This document shows positions 15,910-24,498 of a stretch of 32,000 bases of DNA, piece by piece. The notes under the pieces were generated by a model. It had not been told where the DNA came from. It was given only the letters and a program-made list of their open reading frames with translations, and ran no database searches. Source of the DNA: a bacterium (GTDB lineage: Bacteria; UBP7; UBA6624; JBBIMK01); assembly GCA_037444445.1 (NCBI GenBank), contig JBBIMK010000001.1:90001-122000 (forward strand), in the 5' to 3' direction. The stretch's first letter is position 1. Every line of letters starts with the position of its first letter. Position numbers and translations under genes: made by a program.

Positions 15910-18027
15910 TTACAAGAAAAGGGGAGCCAGAACGAGAGACACGGTGCTTAAAAGTTTTACCAGGACATGGAGGGAGGGACCGGCTGTATCTTTGAACGGG
16001 TCACCCACCGTATCTCCAACCACCGAGGCTTTGTGAGAGTCGGAGCCTTTACCTCCCAGGTTACCAGCCTCAATAAACTTTTTAGCGTTATCCCATGCGG
16101 CACCACCATTGTTCATCATAGTGGCTAACAGGATGCCCGCCACCGTTCCCACCATCAACAGCCCGGCCACAGCCTCTGCTCCAATGAGCGGATTGGTCTT
16201 TGAGAGCCAGCGGAATGAGATGCCGATGAAAGCAGGAACCAGAACAGGGAGGAGGCCGGGGAAGAGCATTTCTTTCAATGCACCGGCTGTGACAATGTCA
16301 ACGCACCGACCGTAAAGGGGCTTTTGCTTTCCCTGTAAAATTCCGGGCATTTCTTTAAACTGCTGGCGAACTTCATGTATCACATAATATGCCGCTTTTC
16401 CCACTGCTCGGATGGCCAGAGCGCTGAACAAGAAAACCAGCATGACTCCGATGAAGGCACCGATGAAAGTGGGAATATACGCCAGGTCCACGGGAATGGC
16501 CCCGGCTACCTTCAGGCCCTTTTCAGAAGCCATCGTCAGAACTTCGTCTAAATAAGCCCGGAACAGGAGGAAAGCGGATAAACCTGCACTGCCCACTGCA
16601 TAACCTTTAGTCAGGGCTTTTGTCGTATTACCCACGGCATCAAATCGGTCTATGATGGTTCGGAGTTGGGATGGAGCATTGGACATTTCTATAATCCCCC
16701 CTGCATTATCCACAATGGGACCGAAAGTATCCATCGCTAAAATATAGGCACAGGGAGCCAGCATTCCCATTGTAGCGATGGCTGTGCCATAGAGGCCAGC
16801 ACCGGGCACGCCGGGCAAAGCCAGTTTACCGAAATAGTAAGCGGCCATAAGCGCTCCGGCAAGGACGAGAGTAGGAACAGCCGTGCATTCCATCGCCACA
16901 GATAATCCGGTGATAATATTCGTGGCGGGTCCGGTCTGGGAAGCCTGCACAATCGTTTGAACCGGGCGGTAACGGAATTCCGTGTAATACTGGGTGATGT
17001 AGACGAAAGCAAGAGCGGTTAGAAGCCCTACGGCACCACAGATAAAAAAGTAAAGATTCGCTTTCAGCAAAAGTATCACAGCGGCGAGAAAGCCGATAGC
17101 CGCCAACAGAGTTGTGAGCCAGTATCCCCGATTTAAGGCCAACATCGGGTCTTCATTCTCCCGAGCTCGGACGGACCAGACACCGGCCATGGTGGCGAGG
17201 AGCCCGAAAGCACGGGCCACGAGGGGGAAAAGAATACCCCCCAATCCAAAGGAGGCATACAGCGCGATGCCAAGTATCATCGCACCGATATTTTCTGCGG
17301 AGATAGATTCAAATAAGTCTGCGCCACGACCGGCGCAATCCCCCACATTGTCCCCCACTAAATCTGCGATAACGGCGGGATTCCTCGGGTCATCTTCCGG
17401 GATACCTGCCTCCACCTTTCCCACGAGGTCCGCACCCACATCGGCGGCTTTAGTGTAAATCCCTCCGCCTAACTGGGCAAAAAGAGCCACGAAACTGGCA
17501 CCAAAACCAAAGCCCACAATCTGCAAAGGAACTTCAGTAGGATTGAAAAGACCACCGTAGAGAACGAAAATACTGCTTACTCCCAGAAGGCTCATGGCAA
17601 CGATGGTCAAGCCTGAAACCGCCCCTCCACGCAGAGCCACTTTCAGCGCCTTATCCACGCTGGTGGCAGTGGCTCCAGCGGTGCGAATATTGGCACGAAT
17701 TGAAATAAACATGCCGATATATCCAGCAATCAGTGAGCAAGCCGCACCTATCAAAAAAGCCCCTACGATTTTTAGAGATAAAGTGAAAGACTGGTGGCTA
17801 ATAAGAAGGTAAAGGGAAAAGATAGCCACAGCACACAGGATTCCCAGCATTGCAATCGTGCGGTATTGTCGCGCAAGAAAAGCATTCGCACCCTCGCGAA
17901 TTGCATCCGATATCGCCTGCATTCCTGAAGTGCCGGTTTCAGCACTCAATACATACCGAGCCAGATACCCTGCGAAAAGAAGCGCCAGAAGAGAACACCC
18001 AAAAACCACAAGAATCATCTGCACCAT
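15910..18027 (-). CDS. hppA: membrane-bound proton-translocating pyrophosphatase (K+-independent signature)
   Basis: 705-aa polytopic protein with GDNVGDCAGRGADLFES, DNAGGIIEM, GDTVGDPFKDTAGPSLHVL and GNTTKALTKGY (16615-16632). Confidence 0.95.
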   Translation of the reverse strand: MVQMILVVFGCSLLALLFAGYLARYVLSAETGTSGMQAISDAIREGANAFLARQYRTIAMLGILCAVAIFSLYLLISHQSFTLSLKIVGAFLIGAACSLIAGYIGMFISIRANIRTAGATATSVDKALKVALRGGAVSGLTIVAMSLLGVSSIFVLYGGLFNPTEVPLQIVGFGFGASFVALFAQLGGGIYTKAADVGADLVGKVEAGIPEDDPRNPAVIADLVGDNVGDCAGRGADLFESISAENIGAMILGIALYASFGLGGILFPLVARAFGLLATMAGVWSVRARENEDPMLALNRGYWLTTLLAAIGFLAAVILLLKANLYFFICGAVGLLTALAFVYITQYYTEFRYRPVQTIVQASQTGPATNIITGLSVAMECTAVPTLVLAGALMAAYYFGKLALPGVPGAGLYGTAIATMGMLAPCAYILAMDTFGPIVDNAGGIIEMSNAPSQLRTIIDRFDAVGNTTKALTKGYAVGSAGLSAFLLFRAYLDEVLTMASEKGLKVAGAIPVDLAYIPTFIGAFIGVMLVFLFSALAIRAVGKAAYYVIHEVRQQFKEMPGILQGKQKPLYGRCVDIVTAGALKEMLFPGLLPVLVPAFIGISFRWLSKTNPLIGAEAVAGLLMVGTVAGILLATMMNNGGAAWDNAKKFIEAGNLGGKGSDSHKASVVGDTVGDPFKDTAGPSLHVLVKLLSTVSLVLAPLFL

Positions 18028-18031
18028 ATTT

Positions 18032-19177
18032 TCACTTCCCCATAAGGATATTGCTTAGGATGGCTTGTTCCCCAGAATGCACGATGGCAATGACCTCGTC
18101 ATCGGGCTGAAGCACCGTTTCTCCACGAGGAATCAGCAGTTCCTTTCCCCGCTGGATGGAAATGATGTTGCAGTGTTTGGGTAACACCAGGTCTTTCAGG
18201 CTCTTACCCACGGCAGGTGAATCTTTCGGAAGAGCATATTCATTCATCACCACACCGGGTTGAAGACTGAAAAGTTTTTTGATTCGTGAAAAGGGAAGAG
18301 AGCGTTCTATTTCCGAGATAATTAAACTGGTGGAGGAAGCTGTAACATCTACTCCAAGTTCTGTCAAAACGGCTTCATTCTTGGGATTGGTAACCCGGGC
18401 AATCGTTTTCTTTACCTGGAAGTGATTCTTGGCTAACTGACAGGCGATGAGATTATCCTGGTCGTGGCGGGTAACCGAGGCAAGGACCTGGGCTCGGGAA
18501 GCACCGGCTTTTTCCAGCACGGTGTAAGTAGAGCCATCTCCATGGATGACAGCACAATCTAACTCTATTTCCAGTTCCTCACTCCGATGCAGGTCTTTTT
18601 CTATCACGCACACTTCGTAGCCCATAGATAATAATTCTTTAGCGAGGTAATATCCCACAGTACCCCCTCCCATAATGATCACATACCCCAGGTCAGAAGG
18701 GGGACGAACTCTCGTCTCGGTAGGGACTTTTGGACGGGGAGTAGCAGGGGGTGCTTCTCGGGAGCGTGTGGGCTCTTTTTCTCGTGGCAATCTCTCCATC
18801 AACCCACGGGCACCATTCACCGTGACGCAAAAAGTATCTGTTACCCCTTCATAGTAGCGACCCTCTACGCCCGGGTCATAGACCATAGCCACGGTTTTCA
18901 GGATTTTGAAAATTTTCCCCGCAATTTGAGCCGCCATAAGATTGGCATTCTCATCCCGGCTGACAGCGAAGAAAACATCCGCATTCTCCGCTCCTGCTTC
19001 CCGAAGCACTCCCACATCAATCCCATTCCCCACCACGGTGGTCACCAGCCCCGCAAACGGGAAATCCTCAAAGACCTGTCGGTCCTTGTCAATCACAACG
19101 ATTTCATGCTTTTGAGGATTCAGCAAGCGAACCAGTTGAGAACCTACCCGCCCATATCCCATCACAATAATTTTCAT
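18032..19177 (-). CDS. trkA: TrkA-like RCK protein (TrkA-N, Pro-rich linker, TrkA-N, TrkA-C)
   Basis: Two Rossmann GxGxxG motifs (MGYGRVGSQL and MGGGTVGYYL). The C-terminal TrkA-C-like segment is VGKSLKDLVLPKHCNIISIQRGKELLIPRGETVLQPDDEVIAIV. SD GAGGG is upstream. The stop is 4 nt from the hppA start. Confidence 0.8.
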   Translation of the reverse strand: MKIIVMGYGRVGSQLVRLLNPQKHEIVVIDKDRQVFEDFPFAGLVTTVVGNGIDVGVLREAGAENADVFFAVSRDENANLMAAQIAGKIFKILKTVAMVYDPGVEGRYYEGVTDTFCVTVNGARGLMERLPREKEPTRSREAPPATPRPKVPTETRVRPPSDLGYVIIMGGGTVGYYLAKELLSMGYEVCVIEKDLHRSEELEIELDCAVIHGDGSTYTVLEKAGASRAQVLASVTRHDQDNLIACQLAKNHFQVKKTIARVTNPKNEAVLTELGVDVTASSTSLIISEIERSLPFSRIKKLFSLQPGVVMNEYALPKDSPAVGKSLKDLVLPKHCNIISIQRGKELLIPRGETVLQPDDEVIAIVHSGEQAILSNILMGK

Positions 19178-19229
19178 CTTCCCTCACCCATCTATACCAC
19201 TGGAGTATTTTACCAGAAAGCCAGTTCTG

Positions 19230-19805
19230 TCAGGGGGCAGGACTGGAAGAGGATAAGGGAGCAGGGCGGTCAAATATCACCTCGCAAGGGGCGTGCTGAA
19301 TCAATCCGGAGGCAAATCGCTCCACCACTTCACCCCGGATACCCCTGGAGGTTTTGATACCTAACACCACTAAATCCACTTCTTCCTGCCGAATCAGGCG
19401 AAGAAGCGAGTGAACTGCATTTCGGTCCCGCTCCAGGTATTCTTTCACGGGTAAGTTGTGCATCATCACAATATCTCTGGCGCGTGAAAGGGTTTCGCGT
19501 GCCCGTTCCTCATCCTCTTTCAAGGGAGTGCCCAGGGGAAGAATCAAGGGAACTTCAATGACATAAGCAAGGAGGATTTCCGATTTTTGCTCCTCCGCCA
19601 GTCGGCATGCCAGTTCCACACTCCGATAGTCGTATTGTTCACCTTGAAGGGGCACCAGAACCTTTCGGACGACATCCAGCGCATGCCGGGCATAGGCCAC
19701 CTCTCGTATGAGAGGCCTTGGAACTCGTAGCATCCACAGAAGGATGCTCGCCATGCTCACCACGAACAAAATGGAAATAATAACTCCAACAGGATTCATT
19801 TCCAT
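19230..19805 (-). CDS. universal stress protein (UspA-family) with an N-terminal transmembrane anchor
   Basis: TM segment VGVIISILFVVSMASILLWML, followed by a USP-like alpha/beta domain (VLVPLQG..., VDLVVLGIKTSRG..., HAPCEVIF). Confidence 0.75.
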   Translation of the reverse strand: MEMNPVGVIISILFVVSMASILLWMLRVPRPLIREVAYARHALDVVRKVLVPLQGEQYDYRSVELACRLAEEQKSEILLAYVIEVPLILPLGTPLKEDEERARETLSRARDIVMMHNLPVKEYLERDRNAVHSLLRLIRQEEVDLVVLGIKTSRGIRGEVVERFASGLIQHAPCEVIFDRPAPLSSSSPAP

Positions 19806-19814
19806 TTCAATCTA

Positions 19815-21395
19815 CTACCCTTCCTCTGTCTGGTGTTTCTCTCTGTTCCGAGATAACAAGGCCGCTTTATATCGCTCCAGAAGGTCATATTCCTCAGCCG
19901 ATTCCAGGACCCGGATTTGCATGGCTTCCCAATCTCTCGGTAAACTCTTAAAAATGGGCAATCTATGGGTTTTCCGATAATACAAATAGCCCAGTATAGA
20001 AAAAAGCACCCACAGGGGGCCTACAATTCTGCCAATGGTATGAGTCCAAACAACTTCAAAGAGCACCAGCATTACACCAATGATTCCGAAGATTCCCAGA
20101 AGAGGGAAATCCACGGTTCGTTTCCCAACCTTCCATGAGATATTCAACGGCACCTTATACGGACGTGGGGTATAGGGGTCGGTGAAACGCAATTTAATTA
20201 AAGAAAGAAATACCAGGGTGTAGCCAAGGGTGGCCCCGAAAGCATAGATGTTCGCGAGCACATCCAGGGCCTCCTTTTGCCCCACAAGAAAGGCAAACAG
20301 GGTCAATACCATTCCTAACCCGGAAAAAAGGAGGATAGAATTTACGGGTGTTCTATAGCCGGGATGCACCTTTTGAAACCTTCCCGATAAAATACTCAGC
20401 TGGCTCATAGAATAGGCCAGCCGTGAGGCACTCATCACTCCAGAATTGGCAGAGATAAAAAGCATAATAGACCCGAGGAATGCAGTGAAGTATCCTGCTA
20501 TGGCACCGATATAAGGTAATTCACTCGTCAAGCGAGCGATGGGGGATGCTTGATGTGCTTTCATTTCCTGCCAGGGCAGAATACCCAGTGCCAGATGCGA
20601 AAAAGCGACAGCCACGAGAAATACCGTAAGAGTGAGGGCGATGGATGTGCGTGGAATGATGGAGGCGGGTCGCTTCGTCTCCTGCGCCGCCTGGGATATG
20701 GATTCCAGCCCCACAAACGAGATAATCGCTAAAGAGGAACCATACATAAACTGAGGTAAACTGGGTAACTGTTTTTGTATCTGACTGAACAAAAAAGATG
20801 GTTTCCAAACGAATATAAATCCGATTACGATGATGAAAACTTCCAGTAAAATCACCAGCACACCAATGATTTCGTTCACCAGGCTGGACTGGCGCATCCC
20901 GCGAATATTCAACCAGGTTAAAACACCGATGATGAAGATTGTCTCCAGACACCAGAGATAGTTGAAGTCAAGAAAGGGTCCAATAGAGAGGGTGAATTCT
21001 GACACCGTTCTTCCTACAAGAAGAGGGAGAAAAACGTTGAAATATCCAGTGCAGCTCATAGCGAAGAGAGCAATATCAATGGTGTAATCCAGCAGGAGGG
21101 CACTACCGGCGATAAAGCCGGTGAAGTCACCCAGCCCGCGAAGGGTGAAAAACTGCCCTCCTCCTGCCACAGGATAAGCGGAGGCCAGTTCCGTATAAGC
21201 CAGCCCAATCAGGATGTATACCAGGCCTGCGAAGATAAAAGCAAATCCCCCGGCACCCTGAGAGGCTGCCAGCACCAGACCCAGCGCCAGGAAGATGTCC
21301 GCCCCCACATCTGCAAATCCCCACATATAGGAGCCCCATATACTTACATCCCGACGAAGCTCTGAGAGGCCGTTATTGCTTTCAACACCAGTCAC
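19815..21395 (-). CDS. APC-superfamily permease (amino acid/polyamine/organocation type; substrate unknown)
   Basis: 526-aa protein with about 12 TM segments and an N-terminal block typical of APC permeases (GFADVGADIF...YTELASAYPVAGGGQFF). GTG start at 21395, with GAGGG 9 nt upstream. Confidence 0.85.
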   Translation of the reverse strand: MTGVESNNGLSELRRDVSIWGSYMWGFADVGADIFLALGLVLAASQGAGGFAFIFAGLVYILIGLAYTELASAYPVAGGGQFFTLRGLGDFTGFIAGSALLLDYTIDIALFAMSCTGYFNVFLPLLVGRTVSEFTLSIGPFLDFNYLWCLETIFIIGVLTWLNIRGMRQSSLVNEIIGVLVILLEVFIIVIGFIFVWKPSFLFSQIQKQLPSLPQFMYGSSLAIISFVGLESISQAAQETKRPASIIPRTSIALTLTVFLVAVAFSHLALGILPWQEMKAHQASPIARLTSELPYIGAIAGYFTAFLGSIMLFISANSGVMSASRLAYSMSQLSILSGRFQKVHPGYRTPVNSILLFSGLGMVLTLFAFLVGQKEALDVLANIYAFGATLGYTLVFLSLIKLRFTDPYTPRPYKVPLNISWKVGKRTVDFPLLGIFGIIGVMLVLFEVVWTHTIGRIVGPLWVLFSILGYLYYRKTHRLPIFKSLPRDWEAMQIRVLESAEEYDLLERYKAALLSRNREKHQTEEG

Positions 21396-21414
21396 CGATA
21401 GAAGCCCTCAATTC

Positions 21415-21687
21415 TTAACCTTGTTTGCCAAATTTCTTCGCGTAATTTAACTGCAAATTAGTCAGGACGGTAGCGATCTGCACCCGCTCCACGGACTCCA
21501 TAGAGTCCTGAAGCAAGCGGAAAATATTCTCCAGGGCATCAATAGCCAGTTTGGCTTGACCAGAATCCTCGTGAATCTCACCGGTTTCCGGATGAGAAAT
21601 CAGCCCCAGATTCGCCCATGCCTTCTCTACTAATGAATCCAGAGTTATTAAAAGCAAATCTTTTACTGAAATTTCTTTCTTATCCAT
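21415..21687 (-). CDS. DUF1844-like small acidic protein
   Basis: The ~90-aa product (LLITLDSLVEKAWANLGLISHPETGEIHEDSGQAKLAIDALENIFRLLQ) matches the DUF1844 pattern as I recall it. ATG at 21687; the alternative TTG is at 21699. Confidence 0.65.
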   Translation of the reverse strand: MDKKEISVKDLLLITLDSLVEKAWANLGLISHPETGEIHEDSGQAKLAIDALENIFRLLQDSMESVERVQIATVLTNLQLNYAKKFGKQG

Positions 21688-21763
21688 GCCATCAGGCAAG
21701 GACCCCCTTCCACTCCCCCGGATATAAATCTATTGCCATTTCATCCTACTGCCAATAACGATG

Positions 21764-21791
21764 ATTATATGGAAGATTTTGAAAATTTCAA
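21764..21791 (-). promoter_or_regulatory. near-consensus sigma70-like promoter (TTGAAA, 16 nt spacer, TATAAT) upstream of the DUF1844-APC-USP-trkA-hppA-AKR string
   Basis: On the minus strand, TTGAAA is the reverse complement of 21786-21791 and TATAAT is the reverse complement of 21764-21769, with a 16-nt spacer. It lies in the only sizeable intergenic gap (21700-21852) upstream of six closely spaced co-directional genes. Confidence 0.5.
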
Positions 21792-21852
21792 GTGGCTGAA
21801 GAAATCACCCATAGTTATACGGACTATCCAGGGGTGAATGCCTGTAAAAGGC

Positions 21853-23082
21853 TCAACTCCGCGAAAGTGAGGAAAGCAGAGACTGAAGGGATTGTTGCCA
21901 GTGTTCAAAGGAGTCATAAACAATCTGTCCTGCGAATTTATCTCGTAAATAACGGACTTCCGGGCGCCGTGAAACGGCTATTCGGTATCTTTTCCACCGC
22001 CCGTTTTGTATTTCCTCCAGAGTTGCAGACAGGAGAAAGTAATAAGGGTAAATCGTTAGTAAACCACGATTCAGCAACCGGATTTCCTTCTCATCTTTAG
22101 AACATCGGAAAAGGTAAGTCGTCTCATCTTTTTCCGATAGGATTCCCAAAGCAACGATGGGAACAGACTGTAGAACGGCGAGATAAAAGAAGACCGGAAG
22201 GTCTTCCGGGGGGCTTTCTCCCGAATCAAACATGCCCCAATAGATATTTTCTAAACCGCAAAAGTTCAAAAGGAATTCATAAGCGGCTTTTCGTTCTGGC
22301 AGACGAGTAAAGGTTGTGTTTTCCAGAAGGGTCCGGAGGCCGGGTGCCACCGTTTCCATTCGTTTGGTGTTCACCACCCGCCCCCCGCTCATAATGCGAG
22401 ATAGCCGGTATATCTGAGCCTTAGGAAAAGCAGGGAATAATCTCTCCAGTGAATCCTGAAATCGTCGTTCCATTCCCACTAAACTTTCTTCCAGTTTTGC
22501 TTTTAGAAAGGAATAGGAGATGGATAAATCAGAGAGTTGGATTCTTTGTTGTTCACCCAATTCCAGAACCAATACCGATTTCACTTCTTCCAGAAATATG
22601 TTAGAAATATCTGCATAAAAAAAAATTCTCAGGTCTCCCTGAGCGGGAACAATCACAAGATGGGCAGGGTAGAGATAAAATTCAGCGGGTAATGCCGAAA
22701 GAAGGGGAGAATTGCTTATTGGAGATTCAAATGAATAAAGGCCCTTGAAAACAAGTTTTTCTTTACCCGGCTCCATCAGCAGGGAAGCCTGGATATATTT
22801 TCTGTGGAAGTCGTGAGTCTCTGAGAGGAATCGACTCCAGGAAGCCTTATCCGTAGAAAAGAGAGTGAAAAATTCTCCACTGGAGGTTTGAAGGACGAGT
22901 TCACGCTCACCTGGAAGAATCTCTATGATATCCCCATACTCCAGCGTCCATTCACCCGTTGGAGTTTCCATCTTTACTCCCTCTGGCAATGCGATAAACC
23001 AGCATTCTTCTTCTTGCACGAAGGCTGTATCCGTTCTACTACTTTCTTTGCGAGACAGCCACCCTTTACATACTTCTTGCAA
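21853..23082 (-). CDS. hypothetical cytoplasmic protein with no recognisable domain
   Basis: 409-aa ORF from TTG at 23082 (AAGGTG 8 nt upstream). An alternative ATG at 22971 has an excellent SD (GAGGGAG, 5-nt spacing) and would give 372 aa. No TM segments and no catalytic motifs that I recognise. Confidence 0.75.
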   Translation of the reverse strand: MQEVCKGWLSRKESSRTDTAFVQEEECWFIALPEGVKMETPTGEWTLEYGDIIEILPGERELVLQTSSGEFFTLFSTDKASWSRFLSETHDFHRKYIQASLLMEPGKEKLVFKGLYSFESPISNSPLLSALPAEFYLYPAHLVIVPAQGDLRIFFYADISNIFLEEVKSVLVLELGEQQRIQLSDLSISYSFLKAKLEESLVGMERRFQDSLERLFPAFPKAQIYRLSRIMSGGRVVNTKRMETVAPGLRTLLENTTFTRLPERKAAYEFLLNFCGLENIYWGMFDSGESPPEDLPVFFYLAVLQSVPIVALGILSEKDETTYLFRCSKDEKEIRLLNRGLLTIYPYYFLLSATLEEIQNGRWKRYRIAVSRRPEVRYLRDKFAGQIVYDSFEHWQQSLQSLLSSLSRS

Positions 23083-23113
23083 ATTAGAACACCTTACTAA
23101 CCCGGGAGTCTAC

Positions 23114-23389
23114 TCAATGGGCTTCTGGAGTATACTTCAGGACATCATCTTCTTTCAGGGAAGATTTTCTCCATACTTGAAGTTTGGGAATCAGATAAGG
23201 CAGGAGGCGGAGAGAGAGGGTAGAGCGAAGAATAGGAAGCCCCAGCATGTCGCCGAAAAGAATTAAGGAAAGAGCACGAGCATATCGTTGAGATTCGTCG
23301 TGCATTACTTTATAAAAATCTCCACAAAATAAACCCCAGAGAAGGTTTTTGAGGGCAATTTTCCCCTGGTTGAAAACGACAAAGAGCAT
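23114..23389 (-). CDS. small hypothetical protein (~91 aa), translationally linked to prs
   Basis: The ATG at 23389 lies 1 nt after the prs stop (23391-23393), with GAGGG 8 nt upstream. The longer ORF to 23491 overlaps prs and was rejected. The product is predicted helical (...FGDMLGLPILRSTLSLRLLPYLIPKLQVWRK...). No family recognised. Confidence 0.55.
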   Translation of the reverse strand: MLFVVFNQGKIALKNLLWGLFCGDFYKVMHDESQRYARALSLILFGDMLGLPILRSTLSLRLLPYLIPKLQVWRKSSLKEDDVLKYTPEAH

Positions 23390-23390
23390 A

Positions 23391-24341
23391 TTAAAAACCC
23401 TCAAAAAGGCGTGTGATGCTACTTTCCTCATGGATGCCCCGGATGGCTTCACCGATGATGCCTGCCACCGAAAGAACGGTAAGGCGGTCAAATTTCTTTT
23501 CAGGGGGAACGGGTAAAGTATTAGTCACAATAATCTCCTGGAGAGGGGAGCGCTGGAGGCGTTCCACCGCATTTCCGGAAAAAACCGCATGGGTGGCAAC
23601 GGCATAAACACTTTCCGCACCCTCTTTCATCAGGGCTTCTGCCGCAAGGATTACAGACCCGCCGGTGTCAATCTCATCATCCATCAAAACGCAGGTTTTT
23701 CCCTTCACATCACCGATTACATACAGCACCTCTGTCTGGTCAATATTTCCGATGCGTCGTTTATCAATGATGGCGATAGGAAGTTGCATAGGTTTGGCGA
23801 AAGCACGAACGCGTTTGGCAGCACCGGTATCGGGTGCCACAATTACGGCAGAGTCCAGCCCTCTGGAGCGGAGATAGCGAGCAAAAACCGGGGCGGCTAC
23901 CAGATGGTCCACAGGCATGCCAAAAAAACCCTGAATCTGCTCCGCATGGAGGTCCATAGTTAACACACGGTCCGCATGGGCAGTGCCAATTAAGTCCGCT
24001 AACAAGCGGGCAGTAATAGGAACCCTCGGCTGGTCTTTTTTATCTGTTCTGCCATAGGCAAAGTAGGGAATAACAGCCGTAATTCTCCCCGCAGATGCCC
24101 GCCAGAAAGCATCCAGCATTATCAGCAACTCCAGGATGCGGTCGCTCACCGGTGTGGAAAAGGATTGCACCAGAAAAACATCCGCTCCTCGCACATTCTC
24201 ATTCACACGAACGAAAATATTTTCATTGCTGAATTTGAAGCACTCCATCTTCCCAGGTGAGATGCCCAGATGATTACAAATTCCCACGGCTAACTCAGGA
24301 TTCCCTTGCCCACTGAAAACCTTTAACTCACCCTGTGGCAT
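23391..24341 (-). CDS. prs: ribose-phosphate pyrophosphokinase (PRPP synthetase)
   Basis: Typical Prs blocks are present: VFSGQGNPELA, RITAVIPYFAYGRTDKK, TMDLHAEQIQGFF and the PRPP-binding loop VLMDDEIDTGGS. SD AGAGGTGAG is upstream of the ATG at 24341. Confidence 0.95.
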   Translation of the reverse strand: MPQGELKVFSGQGNPELAVGICNHLGISPGKMECFKFSNENIFVRVNENVRGADVFLVQSFSTPVSDRILELLIMLDAFWRASAGRITAVIPYFAYGRTDKKDQPRVPITARLLADLIGTAHADRVLTMDLHAEQIQGFFGMPVDHLVAAPVFARYLRSRGLDSAVIVAPDTGAAKRVRAFAKPMQLPIAIIDKRRIGNIDQTEVLYVIGDVKGKTCVLMDDEIDTGGSVILAAEALMKEGAESVYAVATHAVFSGNAVERLQRSPLQEIIVTNTLPVPPEKKFDRLTVLSVAGIIGEAIRGIHEESSITRLFEGF

Positions 24342-24361
24342 CTTGCTCTCACCTCTTTCAC

Positions 24362-24389
24362 TTTATCTCAATCCTGTGCTGGCCGTCAA
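24362..24389 (-). promoter_or_regulatory. candidate promoter for prs (TTGACG, 16 nt spacer, GATAAA)
   Basis: On the minus strand, TTGACG is the reverse complement of 24384-24389 and GATAAA is the reverse complement of 24362-24367. It lies about 20 nt upstream of the prs SD. The -10 element is imperfect. Confidence 0.3.
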
Positions 24390-24498
24390 TGCTCTTCCTC
24401 TCTCATCTTCTCAACCACATGTGAACTCCACCTCAAAAAGCGCGAATCTTGGAAGGTTGCTTACCCTGAAACGCATCCTTTCAGGCAGGAAGGAAATA

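Noticed and set aside
15560-18110. Several 60-160-aa plus-strand ORFs (15560-16036, 16109-16315, 17114-17458, 17594-17812, 17850-18110) antisense to the AKR and hppA genes
   Set aside because: These are Ala/Pro/Arg-rich translations typical of antisense frames of GC-rich membrane-protein genes. They have no SDs and are fully nested in confidently identified genes.
24465-24485. 7-bp inverted repeat (CCTGAAA, 7-nt loop, TTTCAGG) just downstream of the DsbA-like stop, considered as a terminator
   Set aside because: The stem is short and AT-rich, and no U-tract follows on the minus strand. It is not convincing as an intrinsic terminator.
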